From contig NC_043002.1 of the NCBI RefSeq assembly GCF_006345805.1, forward strand, positions 19,158,001 through 19,222,000: a stretch of 64,000 bases of DNA. The letters are read 5' to 3'. The notes under the pieces are model-generated. The model made no database searches. It worked only from the letters and a program-made list of their open reading frames with translations, and was not told the origin of the DNA. Numbering within the stretch: position 1 is the stretch's first letter; each line of letters begins with the position of its first letter. Of the stretch, positions 50,213 to 62,574 are shown one piece after another. Origin of the DNA: Octopus sinensis. Lineage: Eukaryota. The translations under genes were made by a program, and so were the position numbers.

Positions 50213-51391
50213 GCACAACAGCTTCCACAAGGACATGTGTTACATCAAAAATTCTTGGTTGGGGATGCAAATCCTCTCATTCGCGTACGACATAATGCGG
50301 CAACAGCATAGAATTGAAGCGTCCATCTCTTTCTTCTCTCAATGTAGAATGAGGAAATTTGGATGTTGAAGTAATGTAAATAAATTAATAAATAAATACA
50401 TATATAGACGTGAAGGAACCTGGTAATAAGAGTAAATAGGGGTAAAGATGGAGGGGCGAGAATTCAGGACGAAGGATAAAAAATATATAAAAAATATATA
50501 AAAAGTGTAAGTATAGAAAAATATAAAAATGTAGAGTATAAAGATATAAAGAGATATAAGGAGATATAAAGGGGATATAAAGAATATAAAAAAATATAAA
50601 TGAATATAAAGGCATAAGGTTATAAAGTAAAAATAGAAATAGAAATAAAAGTAAAGAAATAAAAATAGGAATAAAAAAGGAATAAAAATGATAAAAATGT
50701 AAAAAAATGTAAAAAAATATAAAGATAAGGGATGTATAGAGGTTACGGACCAAACATGGTGGTCAGGAAATTGACAAAATTTAGTTGTAGAAGCTTTGGG
50801 TGTCAATAAATCAACAGGGTCGTCTGGGGACCTAGTGTATTGTAAATCAGAGCTGTTGAGCGGTTAATCTAGTTCTTTGAGTTAAGTGGTCATCTTGTAC
50901 ATACATACCAGCATGGATACATACACCCATATACACGCGCACATATACGCGCGCATACACGGCTCCAAGCATATAAGCATACATATGCACTCACGTGTAA
51001 ACATGTACATGAACACATATAAACCCACACACATGCGCATATATACATACATACAACAGAATATGCGCATATATACACGGACATTATACGTGTAGACACC
51101 CATATATACATACGCACGTCCATCCTTACATACACATACACAGATGCCCACACGTCCAGGTTTAGATATAAGATATTAAAGGATGTATATAAGAACGCAT
51201 GTAAAGAATCACGCACTCACGTCTACACGTGTACGCACACATGGCTGTGTGTCCATATGTTTCGGTTCCGTTATAGCATGTATATGTTATATTATAGGAA
51301 AAATCAAAACCAAGGCAGAACGAGTATCTCAAGTCATTTACAATAGTTTAATTAAGCTAAGGTGAATTTGAAGTCTTACAGCTGAATATAC

Positions 51392-51603
51392 AAGGAGGTG
51401 CTGAAAAGTTCCTGGTTTTAAGGGTATCGCGAAAGGCCTGATTGGAAGCCCAACTTTCCGACTTCTTTTACAGGGCTTAGAAAAACTGAAGAGCCACTGT
51501 AATAAGTGTGTGAAACTGAGAGGAGAAAATGTTGGATATAAAATCGTAATTTACTGATACTCCCGTGTTTTCTTTTACCCAAACCATGAACTTTTCTATA
51601 CCT
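51392..51603. mobile_element. Mariner-derived MITE (related copy at 60791-60975)
   Basis: TIR-like gaggtgctgaaaagttcctgg / ccatgaacttttctatacct; shared core ttcttttacaggg.ttaga...tgtgtgaaactgagaggagaaa. Confidence 0.7.
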
Positions 51604-52740
51604 TCTCGTGTGTTTGCATATTTATTTTTTAATTCCTTTCTTCGATAAATATTTAGCCAAGTTTCTATTTGCGGGTATTCCTCGCTTTTTCCATTCAACA
51701 TTTATTTCTTCTGTTTCTTCATTGAACATGCTGATAGTGTAAAATCTACATATGTCTATAAATACACCATCATCACTACATGATTCTTTGCAAAATATTT
51801 TCGATGGGGAAATTGCATACATTAATATTTTCTCTAAATGGTTCTCCTTCAAAGTAACATCATCCTCTTGAACATACATTTCACTTTATAAATGCCAAAA
51901 ATGATAGTATGAAATAATTTCAACAACTGACATAACACACACCGCAATGTAGAAGCCAGATATATAAAATTCACACTATATTGGATTTAAGAAATTATGT
52001 ATAAAAGTGAAATCAATAATGAACAAAATGATTGAGTGCTTACATATTTTATCTTACGACCAAAAAAGTATCAAATAAATTACACTTCGTAAGAACATTA
52101 TAGCTCTTTCCGGAACTTGATAGATCATAATATCGATCTACAAGAAATGTGCACGAGTTGGAGAAACCAAATAATTAATGTAGGAAATTACATAGAGACA
52201 TCATCCTCATAACATGTTCTGTGATTATCACTCATAAGTATGACCTGGTAATGTGTATCATGCTTTATAGGTGACTGTTTTGCGCATCTGTATAGACACA
52301 AGCAGAGACACCGTCTTTGCCCTCCAGCCTTTGGAGTAGCAAAATAGCGAGGATGTGTAAGTTGGAGGGAGAGAAGGCGGTACCAGTACTTATTTGTTAT
52401 TCAAGATCTTATGGCTGTATGCCTAACACTCTAATCATTTGGTCAGATATATGGAACATAATAATTGAATAAGTGCTAAGATAGCGAGCTAGCAGAATCG
52501 TTAGCACGCCGGGCAAAATACCGAACGGCATTTTTGCCTGTCTTATGTTCTGGGCTCAAATTCCGCCGAAGTCGATTTTTACCTATCATCCCTTCCAGAT
52601 CGATAAAATATGTAGAAATTTAGCACAGAAATCGATGTTATCGAAAAGCTCACACACACACAACAAAATTTGAAGCCCTTTGTCTATAGGAAAAAAAGAA
52701 AGAAAAATTTTCAGAATGAAATATTTTAGATTTGACTTAC

Positions 52741-52860
52741 ATGTTTTTATAACTTTTGCCACTTCGTTTTTACAGTCTATTTCTGTACATGTATGGGCGG
52801 ATTTACTTTTACCTTTGCCATCACAAAAGCATTTTCCATCAAAAACACATCCTTTACAGG
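52741..52860 (-). CDS. Gene A exon 3: Cys module 1, (A)CKGCVFDGKCFCDGKGKSKSAHTCTEIDCKNEVAKVIKT
   Basis: Acceptor tttctttttcag; donor ACAT|gtaagt; 120 nt, phase 1-1; 6 Cys aligning with gene B exon 3. Not shown in the ORF track. Confidence 0.9.
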
Positions 52861-53035
52861 CTGAAAAAGAAATATATTTAGTAAAGAAAAAAAGAAACGT
52901 TATTTCTTTATTCGAGATGATGGATTAATGGCAATGTCTACTTTATGTTTTACCCTGCTTTAAATTTCGATTAATTTAATTAATTCAAATTAGAAGTTAG
53001 TATTCTAAATATTAATAAATAGTAAAGAGAAAATT

Positions 53036-53196
53036 CTGGAGTGACTGTGTGGTAAGTAGCTTGCTTACGAACCACATGATTCCGGGTTCATTCCCACTGC
53101 GTGGCACCTTGGGCACGTGTCTTCTACTATAGCCTCGGACCGACCAAAACCATATGAGTGGATTTGGTAGACGGAAACTGAAAGAAGCCCGCTGTA

Positions 53197-53269
<73 letters not shown>

Positions 53270-53462
53270 ATGTCTGTGTTTGTCCCCCAAGATCGCTTGA
53301 CAACCGATGCTGGTGTGTTTACGTCGCCATAACTTAGCGGTTCAGCAAAAGAGACCGATATAATAAGTACTAGGCTTCCAAAGAATAAGTCCTGGGGTCG
53401 ATTTTCTCGACTAAAGCGGTACTCCAGCATGGCCGCAGTCAAATGACTGAAACAAGTAACAG
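53036..53462 (+). mobile_element. tRNA-derived SINE with internal (TA)n/(TG)n, third family, full copy
   Basis: Head ggagtgactgtgtggtaag...ccgggttca; tail ctccagcatggccgcagtcaaatgactgaaacaagtaa; fragments also at 23505-23700, 59800-60090 and 63780-63930. Confidence 0.85.
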
Positions 53463-53625
53463 AGAGTAAAAAAAAAAGAGAGACAAAAAACGTAAAAGAC
53501 ATAAAAAAATATGTGGGATTTCTGAAATTTTAAACTAGAGGGAAAAGGTGAAGAAATAATCTGGTGTAAATTAAGTTAGAGTGACATTGTTTTAGGAAGA
53601 TAATCTTCAAAAGTAGAAATAAAGA

Positions 53626-53956
53626 ACCCCTATGGTCATGAATGACCATGGGATTCGACCAAGATAATTACCCTCCGAGGTACAAGCCCGGGCAAGGTTG
53701 TTTACGGAAGACCATCAGTCGCCCATGCATACCGGTCTCTCCTCTCCTCGCCACCGATGTTATCCAAGGATTAGGCAAAAGCCGATACAGCTTGGCACCA
53801 GTGACGTAGCAACTCATTTCTACAGCTGAGTGAACTGGAGCAACATGAAATAAAGTTAATTGCTCAAGAACGCAACACACAGCCCGGTCGGGAATCGAAC
53901 TCACAACCTCATGACTGTGAGCACGATGCTCTAACCACTGAGCCATGCGCCTTCAC
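53626..53956 (-). mobile_element. tRNA-derived SINE, second family
   Basis: Matches 13124-13457. Confidence 0.85.
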
Positions 53957-54118
53957 TAGTATTCAAAAGTATTTACAAACAAAACTTGATATGACACTGC
54001 TCTGTAATAGGCCAATGTTAATGTGTGTGAGGGTGTAAGTGTGTGTAAAAGTACCACAAGAGATACAAAGAGACCAAAAGAAAAAGATGCAAAATTAAAT
54101 CAACATCCTGAAATATAC

Positions 54119-54194
54119 CTGCATTTATTCCTGGAACTTCAGTTACAATTGGAAGGACTAGAAGAGGAAGCAAAACTTTCAGACTAATATACAT
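54119..54194 (-). CDS. Gene A exon 2: signal peptide MYISLKVLLPLLVLPIVTEVPGINA
   Basis: Acceptor ttttacttacag|ATG; donor GCAG|gtatat; 76 nt ending in phase 1; hydrophobic core. Same length and same cag|ATG layout as gene B exon 2. Confidence 0.85.
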
Positions 54195-54329
54195 CTGTAA
54201 GTAAAACAGAATTAGCATGCGTAAAATATGTTGACAGTTTCAAAATTTTAATGATTAATAATTAGATTTTGTTTTTAGTTTGCAAGATTCTTGATGTGTA
54301 AACGTGAGTTGGAGCAAATTTTGTCGTGG

Positions 54330-54740
54330 GTCATTTTACCAGCTATAAACACACGCACGTGTTTAATTTCACTTTATTTTGCATCAATTAGTTAGTTATT
54401 TAACAACTAACTCATCGAGTGTTCCATTAATCATTTTGTTAATCAGTTATTCAGTTGTGTTTACCAAAGTCCTTTTGTCGCCATTTGAGGCCTCTTCAAA
54501 TAAATGCCTTCTCCACATTTTGTTAGCTTCAGTTCCGATCTGTTCATGTCATTCGCGGTTTCTTCATGTCACTAAAGAGGTCGCGAATGACGTCAAGACT
54601 TGGGTAAACACAACTGACTGACTGATTAATTGAATGATTAATCAAACGATCGATTAGTTAGTTGGTTAAATAGCTAACCAATTAACGAAAAATTAAGAAG
54701 TGAAACCAAACCAGTGCGTGTGCTTATTATTGGCACTATG
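54330..54740. mobile_element. Old foldback/MITE-like element with long imperfect inverted arms
   Basis: acacacgcac...aatttcactt versus aagtgaaacc...gtgcgtgtg; ttagttagttatttaacaactaac versus ttagttagttggttaaatagctaa. Confidence 0.5.
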
Positions 54741-55915
54741 TTGCCCCCGAGATACAAGAAATGATTCATAATTTCTGCGAGAATTTTAACTATTAAGTAA
54801 ATAATATATCATTTTACCAGTCAAACTTAACTGTATTAAGTTTTCTATACTTAGATATATACCGCCAAGATCAGTTAACTTGAATTGATTCAGTTTACTT
54901 AAACATCATTCTTCTCAAATCAAGAGTTAAATGTATTTTCAGAAATGTCCATACAGACTTCAGTAACGAAGATGTAAGATGTGCATGAATATTTTTAAAG
55001 ATTTTCGATTGCATTTCTCCTTATCTGATTCTGTTTGTCAAGATTATATTTTGGAACGTGTACTGGAAGATTCGGAATATATTATAGTATATGCGAAAGT
55101 AATATTAAATTCAACGGATGCAAAGATCGGAAAATGCTTTCACTCTCCGGCCGAAAAACTATACTTTAGTACGTGTTTAATGTTTTTAAGAAAAGAAAGA
55201 AAAAATCTGTTGTGTCAAAACTACTGAAAAGGTTGCAAGACACAACGAAAATTTTAGAAAATAAAAATAAGAAATAAGTGGAAATTTTACCGGTGAATGT
55301 GTTAAATAATAAGGCACTAAAAGAGAATGACTCTCCCCAGACACAACAGAATATGCTTCAACACACGAACTCATATAAAGAATCTTGCAAACCAAATCCA
55401 AAATCGAAAGAAAAATTCATTAAACTTTCATCCCTTAAAATACTAAGATTTCGTTCCAAGTCAAAATGAAAATAATATAATTAGAGAACGTTGTTTTGTA
55501 ACACCTGAACAAGGCGAGAAAGTACAAAATAGACTACAAAAGGAAAAGAAAACGAAACAAAGTTGCAGTTTTACTTTGTATTTCTTTATTTCGAGGTGAA
55601 GACCTCGTCTTCAGGATATTTAGAAAAAGTAGTAGTTGGTAAAAGCTGTTGCTCAGATGTGTGTGGGAGAAGGGGATAAGGGAGAAAGGAGGGTGACATG
55701 TGCAGACTGGTATTGCTAAAGCAACCATACTGCTTCGTGTAGTTCCTTCCTTTTGTTAATGTTACTAATATAATTAGTATTGTAACAGTTATATAGGAGT
55801 ATATTAACTTTAAACCTACCCCGCATAATAGGGAATATTGCATACGTTAACATAGATTTTTATTTAGACCGTGATTCTGTAAATCATAGAAATTGTCAAG
55901 AGCTTTGTTCTTAAC

Positions 55916-56515
55916 TCATTTCTCTATTGCCCACAAGGAGCTAAACATAGAGGAGACAAACAAGGACAGACAAAGGGATTAAGTCGATTACATCGACCCC
56001 AGTGCGTAACTGGTACTTTATTTATCGACCCCGAAAGGATGAGAGGCGAAGTCCTCGGCGGAATTGGAACTCAGAACATAAAGATAGACGAAATACTGCT
56101 AAGCATTTCGCCCGGCGTGCTAACGTTTCTTATTTCTTTATTGCCCACAATGGGATAAACATAGAGGGGACACATAAGGACAGACAAAGGGATTAAGTCG
56201 ATTACATCGAACCCCCAGTGGAAAAACTGGTACTTAATTTATCGACCCCGGAAGGATGAACGGCAAAGTCGACCTCGGCGGAATTTGAACTCAGAACATA
56301 AAGACAGACGAAATACCTATTTCTTTACTACCCACAAGGGACTAAACAGAGAGGGGATAAACAAGGACAGACAAACGGATTAAGTCGATTATATCGACCC
56401 CAGTGCGTAACTGGTACTTATTTAATCGACCCCGAAGGGATGAAAGGCAAAGTCGATCTCGGCGGAATTTGAACTCAGAACGTAGCGGCAGACGAAATAC
56501 GGCTACGCATTTCGC
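55916..56515 (-). mobile_element. Nin-like SINE multimer (three body units, two heads)
   Basis: Repeated units as in 6829-7438. Confidence 0.85.
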
Positions 56516-56670
56516 ATTTCATATATATGTATATACGTACTAAAATTATTCTTTTATAGTTACACATGTACATGCACGCACAAACTCTCGCCCTGTCTGT
56601 TATAGTTGTAGTTCCATTATAACATCCCACATATATTCTTATTTTTTACTTTTATTCTCTTATATATTAT

Positions 56671-56727
<57 letters not shown>

Positions 56728-56838
56728 CACACGAGGGACAGACAGGCAGGGCGTGAGTTTGTGCATGCATGTACATGTGTAACTATAAAAGAATAATTTT
56801 AGTACGTATATACATATATGCATGCATGCATACATACA

Positions 56839-56870
<32 letters not shown>

Positions 56871-56949
56871 CATACATACATACATACATACATACATACA
56901 TACACACTGAGTGAGTACTGCGTCAATGCCTCTCCCGAAATATATAACA

Positions 56950-58690
56950 TCACCAGTGAAACCATCCTGGCGGTTACTATGAAACTGTTAAACGGAAAAA
57001 TCACCTGGGAGACACCTGATGGTAGGCTATTGGTACAAAATACTCGCGCTCTACAAAAACATTTTCACGACCCTGCCCCAAAATGGATGCTGAGCTAAGT
57101 ATACCAGATTTGTTGACGTATGACGGACAAATAAACCTTTGTAACCAAAACCTACAGGCCCATAACATGCTTGAATGTTATGTACAAACTGTACACAGGT
57201 TGTTTGAATGTTTCTCTAAGAACATTTCCAAAGAAATAGTGTGAAAATGGACGAACAAGCGGGGGAAAAGAAAGGGAGCTGGAGCTGTACGGAACAGTTC
57301 TTCATCTGAGAAAGCCAAGAAACATCGCCGTCACCTCTTAACAATATAGGAAAATTACAAGAAGGCGTTCAGCTTTGTTCCTTTGCGTAGAATTACTATA
57401 CTTTTCCAAAATACCAGCTGCTGTGGCGAGTGTCATTGAAACAAACCATAACATAGTCCACACAGTTATCACTGACAACTACTAAAGCAACACCTATTGT
57501 TACAAATAGAATTAAGCTATCAGCAGGCATATTCTAGGGTGACACTTTATCTGTAGTGTTGTTTGTACTGGCAATGAACTCCTTGTCTGTCCTATTAACA
57601 AAATGCCAAGGATACATGCAGGGATATGCAGAAAAGCATAAAAGTAATGTCACCTACACATTTTTTGTTGATAACCTAGTTATATTCTAGTAACATGAAC
57701 AACGTCGAGAGACAATTAGAACGTGTCACAGTTTGCGCAAAGCAAACACTCATACATGATAGTCAACTGAAAAAAGATTGTCGACCAGAAAAAACATTTA
57801 CATTGATAGTTCGTCTATCTCCACCCGAAATCGATGAGAATGTTGCATACGTGGGCACTGTGAGTAAAGCTAAAATAACAAAATAGTACTTCTGTAGACT
57901 CCGGGAAATATGAAACTCAGAACTGTTTGCATTTAACAAGGCCATATCTCACAATGTTATTGCAGTGCCAGAGATAGTACCAATATCTGAAATATTGGCA
58001 TGGGAACTTGATAAGATCCTCAGTCTGGATATAAAAACTAGAAAGATACTGACCACCAACGGTAACTTTCACATTAACAGTGACACGGATAGGATCTATG
58101 TGAGAGTGGAGATGGCAGTAGAGGCATAAGGTCGGTCCAAATAGCCTCTGAATGCTGCAGTGTATCACTCAGACAACATCTGCTGAATAGTATCGAAAGA
58201 AATTAGTGCATTACATGCGTACTCAAATGAGAGCAACATCTTTAGGGAAGAGGAAAAACTACTGAGCAGGTATTCTGAGCGTACAACTGTCCCATCCGTT
58301 CCAATGCAGGCTTGGCTGGCCTACCTTAACAGAAGCTTGGAAGAGAAGCACACATCATACCTCCAAAGGGTACATATCCCATAAACTAGAAAATAATAGC
58401 AGCATTTACAGGAAGAATAGCCTCTTCTGGGCTTGTGGTTAATTCATTACCTCCCACCTAGAATAATACCTTCGCTATCCAGAAACATGTGATTGCTACA
58501 AAATACGGGTAAGCAACAGAAACAATGATACCACCAAACCGCCACGTTGTAATAGAAAATTTCAGCAGCTGCCCCAAAATGTACCCAAGATATTACCTGC
58601 CCCTGAAGCATGATGTAAAGACTATTTACAATACTACCCACATGAAGGTTGTCTTGAAAAGATTGCCATGAAAGGATTACCCTGACGTAT
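56950..58690 (+). mobile_element. Decayed R4/Dong-like non-LTR retrotransposon in gene A intron 1 (ends approximate)
   Basis: AGIF*GDTLSVVLFVLAMNSLSVLL...NVTYTFFVDNL at ~57520-57690; HVIATKY and LKHD remnants near the 3' end. Confidence 0.7.
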
Positions 58691-58867
58691 ACATGAATAG
58701 TGTATCAGAACCAGAGTGTATTCTCACCATTATAAAAAAGGAATACTACCATAATTATCTGATAGATAGCGATTAATAATTAAATGTATTTGGCATTGTA
58801 ATTATATACATTTAGCATCAAAATTCTATTTCACTGTTAAATAGAACACTACACATATTTCACTTAC

Positions 58868-58903
58868 CTTCTGATCTTGAAGATGACTTCTACGTTCAGA
58901 AAT
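58868..58903 (-). other. Gene A non-coding exon 1 (5' UTR; 5' boundary approximate)
   Basis: Minus strand reads ...ttctgaacgtagaagtcatcttcaagatcagaag|GTAAGTG, a consensus donor. A close homolog with the same donor sits at 43808-43842. Confidence 0.6.
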
Positions 58904-58904
58904 A

Positions 58905-58966
58905 TATACATCTATATACATACACACACATACAAGCATAAACACATGCATAAATATGTGTGCATG

Positions 58967-59042
<76 letters not shown>

Positions 59043-59049
59043 ATATGTT

Positions 59050-59117
<68 letters not shown>

Positions 59118-59123
59118 TGTATG

Positions 59124-59163
<40 letters not shown>

Positions 59164-59213
59164 TATATATATATATATATGTTTATATATATATATATAT
59201 ATGTTTATATATA

Positions 59214-59249
<36 letters not shown>

Positions 59250-59251
59250 TG

Positions 59252-59303
<52 letters not shown>

Positions 59304-59395
59304 CACTCATTTATACATATATATATAATGTTTACATGTGTGTGTGTATGTATATATGTGTGTGTGTGAGTGTGTGCATGGTGTGTGTGTATGTG
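58905..59395. repeat. Compound (TA)n/(TATG)n/(TG)n block with ~120-bp higher-order duplication, immediately upstream of gene A exon 1
   Basis: Directly visible. Confidence 0.9.
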
Positions 59396-60748
59396 TAGTA
59401 CGCCAGCTGTAAAGAAAATTTCCTAATAAATATGTCAGTGCTCTAGGTTTTCTTTTCATATTCACAATTACGTTTTAATGTTTACTTCCGATTTATTATG
59501 TGAGCCATGATACTGTAGGATAACACGACAAAATGTTTGGAACTTATTTTCCTCTCCTTCTCTCTTTGGGATGTTGAATTATTACCATCAATAATTGACT
59601 TTGCCTTTCATCCTTTCGGGGTCGATAAATTAAGTACTAGTTACGCACTGGGGTCGATGTAATCGACTTAATACCTATGTCTGTCCTTGTTTGTCTCCTC
59701 TGTCTTTAGCCCCTTGTGGGTAATAAATAAAGAAAAATCAATAATTATCGCCCGAATTATAAAGAATGATTTTTTTAAACCATAAGAATAATGAAACAGA
59801 CTTATTCACTCACGGCTGAACAAAGTCTTGTGAGTGGATTTGGTACACAGAAACAGCAAGAATCCTGCCATCTACATATATATATATATAATGTTTGTGT
59901 GAGTCTTTGCGTCTGTGTTATCTCCCATCACTGCTTGACAAGTGGTGTTGGTATATTTACATCCCAGTAACCTAGCGGTTCGGCAAAAATGACTGATAGA
60001 ATATGTACAAGGCTTTAAAAAGTCTAAACCCTTCAAGGCCATGTCCTAGCATGGTCTCAGTCAAATGACAGAAACAAATTAAGGATTAAAAAATGATCAG
60101 TTTAAAATTTAAAATATTTTTGCCATTTTAAGATAATTAGCGTTATAAAAGACGGTATTAAGTGTATTGGGCCACTTAGCGTAATTGTACAGAGCACTTA
60201 ACTGGGGTCTGAGAGGTACTTGGTTTGATTCTATGTGCTAAAGGAATGTAGATCTTCTAAGCGGTCTTCACAGCTATACTGCGTTCCAGATTTACTTCAG
60301 AGGAAAGGGCTTAGCGGTTCGGCAAAATGACCGATGAAATAAGTCTGTTGACGATTAGTTCGACTAAAATTCTTCGAGGCGGTACCCCAGCATAGCCGCT
60401 ATCTAATGTCTGAAGCAAGTAAAAAATATATACGACAGGCTTTGTGTAGGTGAGCCAAATTCATTCACAAGGTGATCTATAAGTCCCAAAACACAGGCAC
60501 TAATATATTTGTCAATAAATTGTGCGTATATTAATCTTTACACTATACAATAGTATAGATACATTTCAACCGACTTTACTAATCGGTTTCACACGCGAAT
60601 TAGGTAATTAGGTGATAATCCAAGACGGCAGTAGTCAGAGTGGCTAGTATGGAAAATATGACAACCGCTCGCTACTACAGGAAGTCAGCAAGTGTCACAA
60701 CCGGTTTGCGGATGCTGTGATACCACAGGTGGTTCTGGTTTACACACA

Positions 60749-60790
<42 letters not shown>

Positions 60791-60987
60791 GAGGGGGCGC
60801 TTTAAGAGTATTGCGAAAGTCCTAGTTGGAGACCCAAATTTCCAAGTTCTTTTACAGGGTTTAGAACAACTAAGGATCCGCTACAATAATTGTGTGAAAC
60901 TGAGAGGAGAAATAAAATCTTAACTGATCCTACTGTATTTTTTTTTACCCAAAGCCAAGAACTTTTCAACACCGCCGCGCATGTGTG

Positions 60988-61019
<32 letters not shown>

Positions 61020-62089
61020 ATATATATATATATATATGAATTGTTACTTCCAGAGACTTGCTTAGATTTTTATAATAAATTGACCTATTCTAATAACTAT
61101 ATAGATCTAGAAAAGCAGAAGTAACTGATCTTTGATATGACTTATTTTAAGCTGCCTAAAATTTGGTCGTTAAATGACGGAGCCCAATTTCACAATGAAA
61201 TTAAATATAGGTTTATTAAACATAAGGATATGGCACCGTAAATATGTCAACTAATACACCTAATATTGCTGACAGCAATTAAGTTCAGATTTTCAGAACG
61301 AAAGTAGATTAGCGTTATTTGTTGTATTTTCAGAAATTCAAATTTATGATTCTTTAGGTCAATTTGATTTAGTTCCCTAATCTAAAGCACTCTAAACTAC
61401 CCATTTAACTTAAAATTACTCAATATCTGCAAAAATTACAAGACCAACCACAGTTTGTTTACATAATTCTGTAAAAATTGCTGTGTTAAATGTTCGCAAT
61501 AAACAGCAGACACACGTAACACATTGCACTCGTAAAATTGGTCTTAAGATGTATTTCTGCATTATTCATAAGATAAGCATCAGTTTTTAGTCAAGAATGA
61601 CATGTTCATTGTTTGACTTACTGTTAGCATTTGTTAATCATTCTTTACAGATATATGGATGATCACGTTTATGTGAACGCATATATACATGTTTACGCAT
61701 ACACATGTATACATATACGCGCATGCACACGCACACATACACATAGTATTAGCACCAACTCCGGCATCACCCGCTGAGGCCCCTTACTCATGTAGGGACC
61801 ACCAAAATTTCGCAACCATACCTTTTACTCCAAAATCATTGAAGTGCAATGTAACAAACTTAGCAAATTAAACTTGGGCATTTAGTAGTTGAAATGAATA
61901 AACCTTATGTAAATGATAGCAAAAAACGTGGCCTTTATACATCCCCAAAAGGACTAATACTAAAGAACTTGAGCTCGTTAATATTAGGGATATATTTGAA
62001 TGCCAAATTGGAAAGTGTTCTGTGTTTGCAAACACACTGTCAAGTGCATATTGTTGCATCAATTACTTACGTATTTCGTTATATAAGCA

Positions 62090-62400
62090 TACGAAGGAGT
62101 ACCCAAAAGTAACCGGAAACGTTCTCTGTGGAACGAACTCGTTGTAGTTCAGGCTTCTGCCGCTAGAAGCCATTTGATGCGATTATCAGACATCAGTAAG
62201 TCGACCGGTTTCGTCGTGTGTAGTCCTAGTGCCGCGTGGTTCGTCTTTGCTTTGCTGTGCTTCTTTCCGGTTCATCGATTTTAGCGATGGCTGAAACGAA
62301 GGAACAACATGCTTCCATGAAATTCCGTTTCCTACTGGGGAAAACAGCAGCCAAAACAGTTGTCATGCTTCTAACAGCTTACAAGACTCCTACACTTTTA
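62090..62400 (+). mobile_element. Mariner 5' end (TIR plus N-terminal HTH)
   Basis: TA-cgaaggagtacccaaaagtaaccggaa; MAETKEQHASMKFRFLLGKTAAKTVVML. Confidence 0.75.
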
Positions 62401-62574
62401 ATTTCACGATGACAGTCAGTTCAACCAAAAAAGTTGTGTTATCTGCAAAGAAATCAAGACAAGTTAAGCACAGAAGACTTTGTTTACCTTCGAAAAGCTG
62501 TCACTTATGACGATGAACCAAGACATATGTTGGCCAGCCAGTCACACTGCCATATATATATTCACAGCAGGAAG

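Noticed and set aside
32090-58868. Possible orientation bias of intronic transposons relative to genes A and B
   Set aside because: Both orientations occur and the sample is too small.
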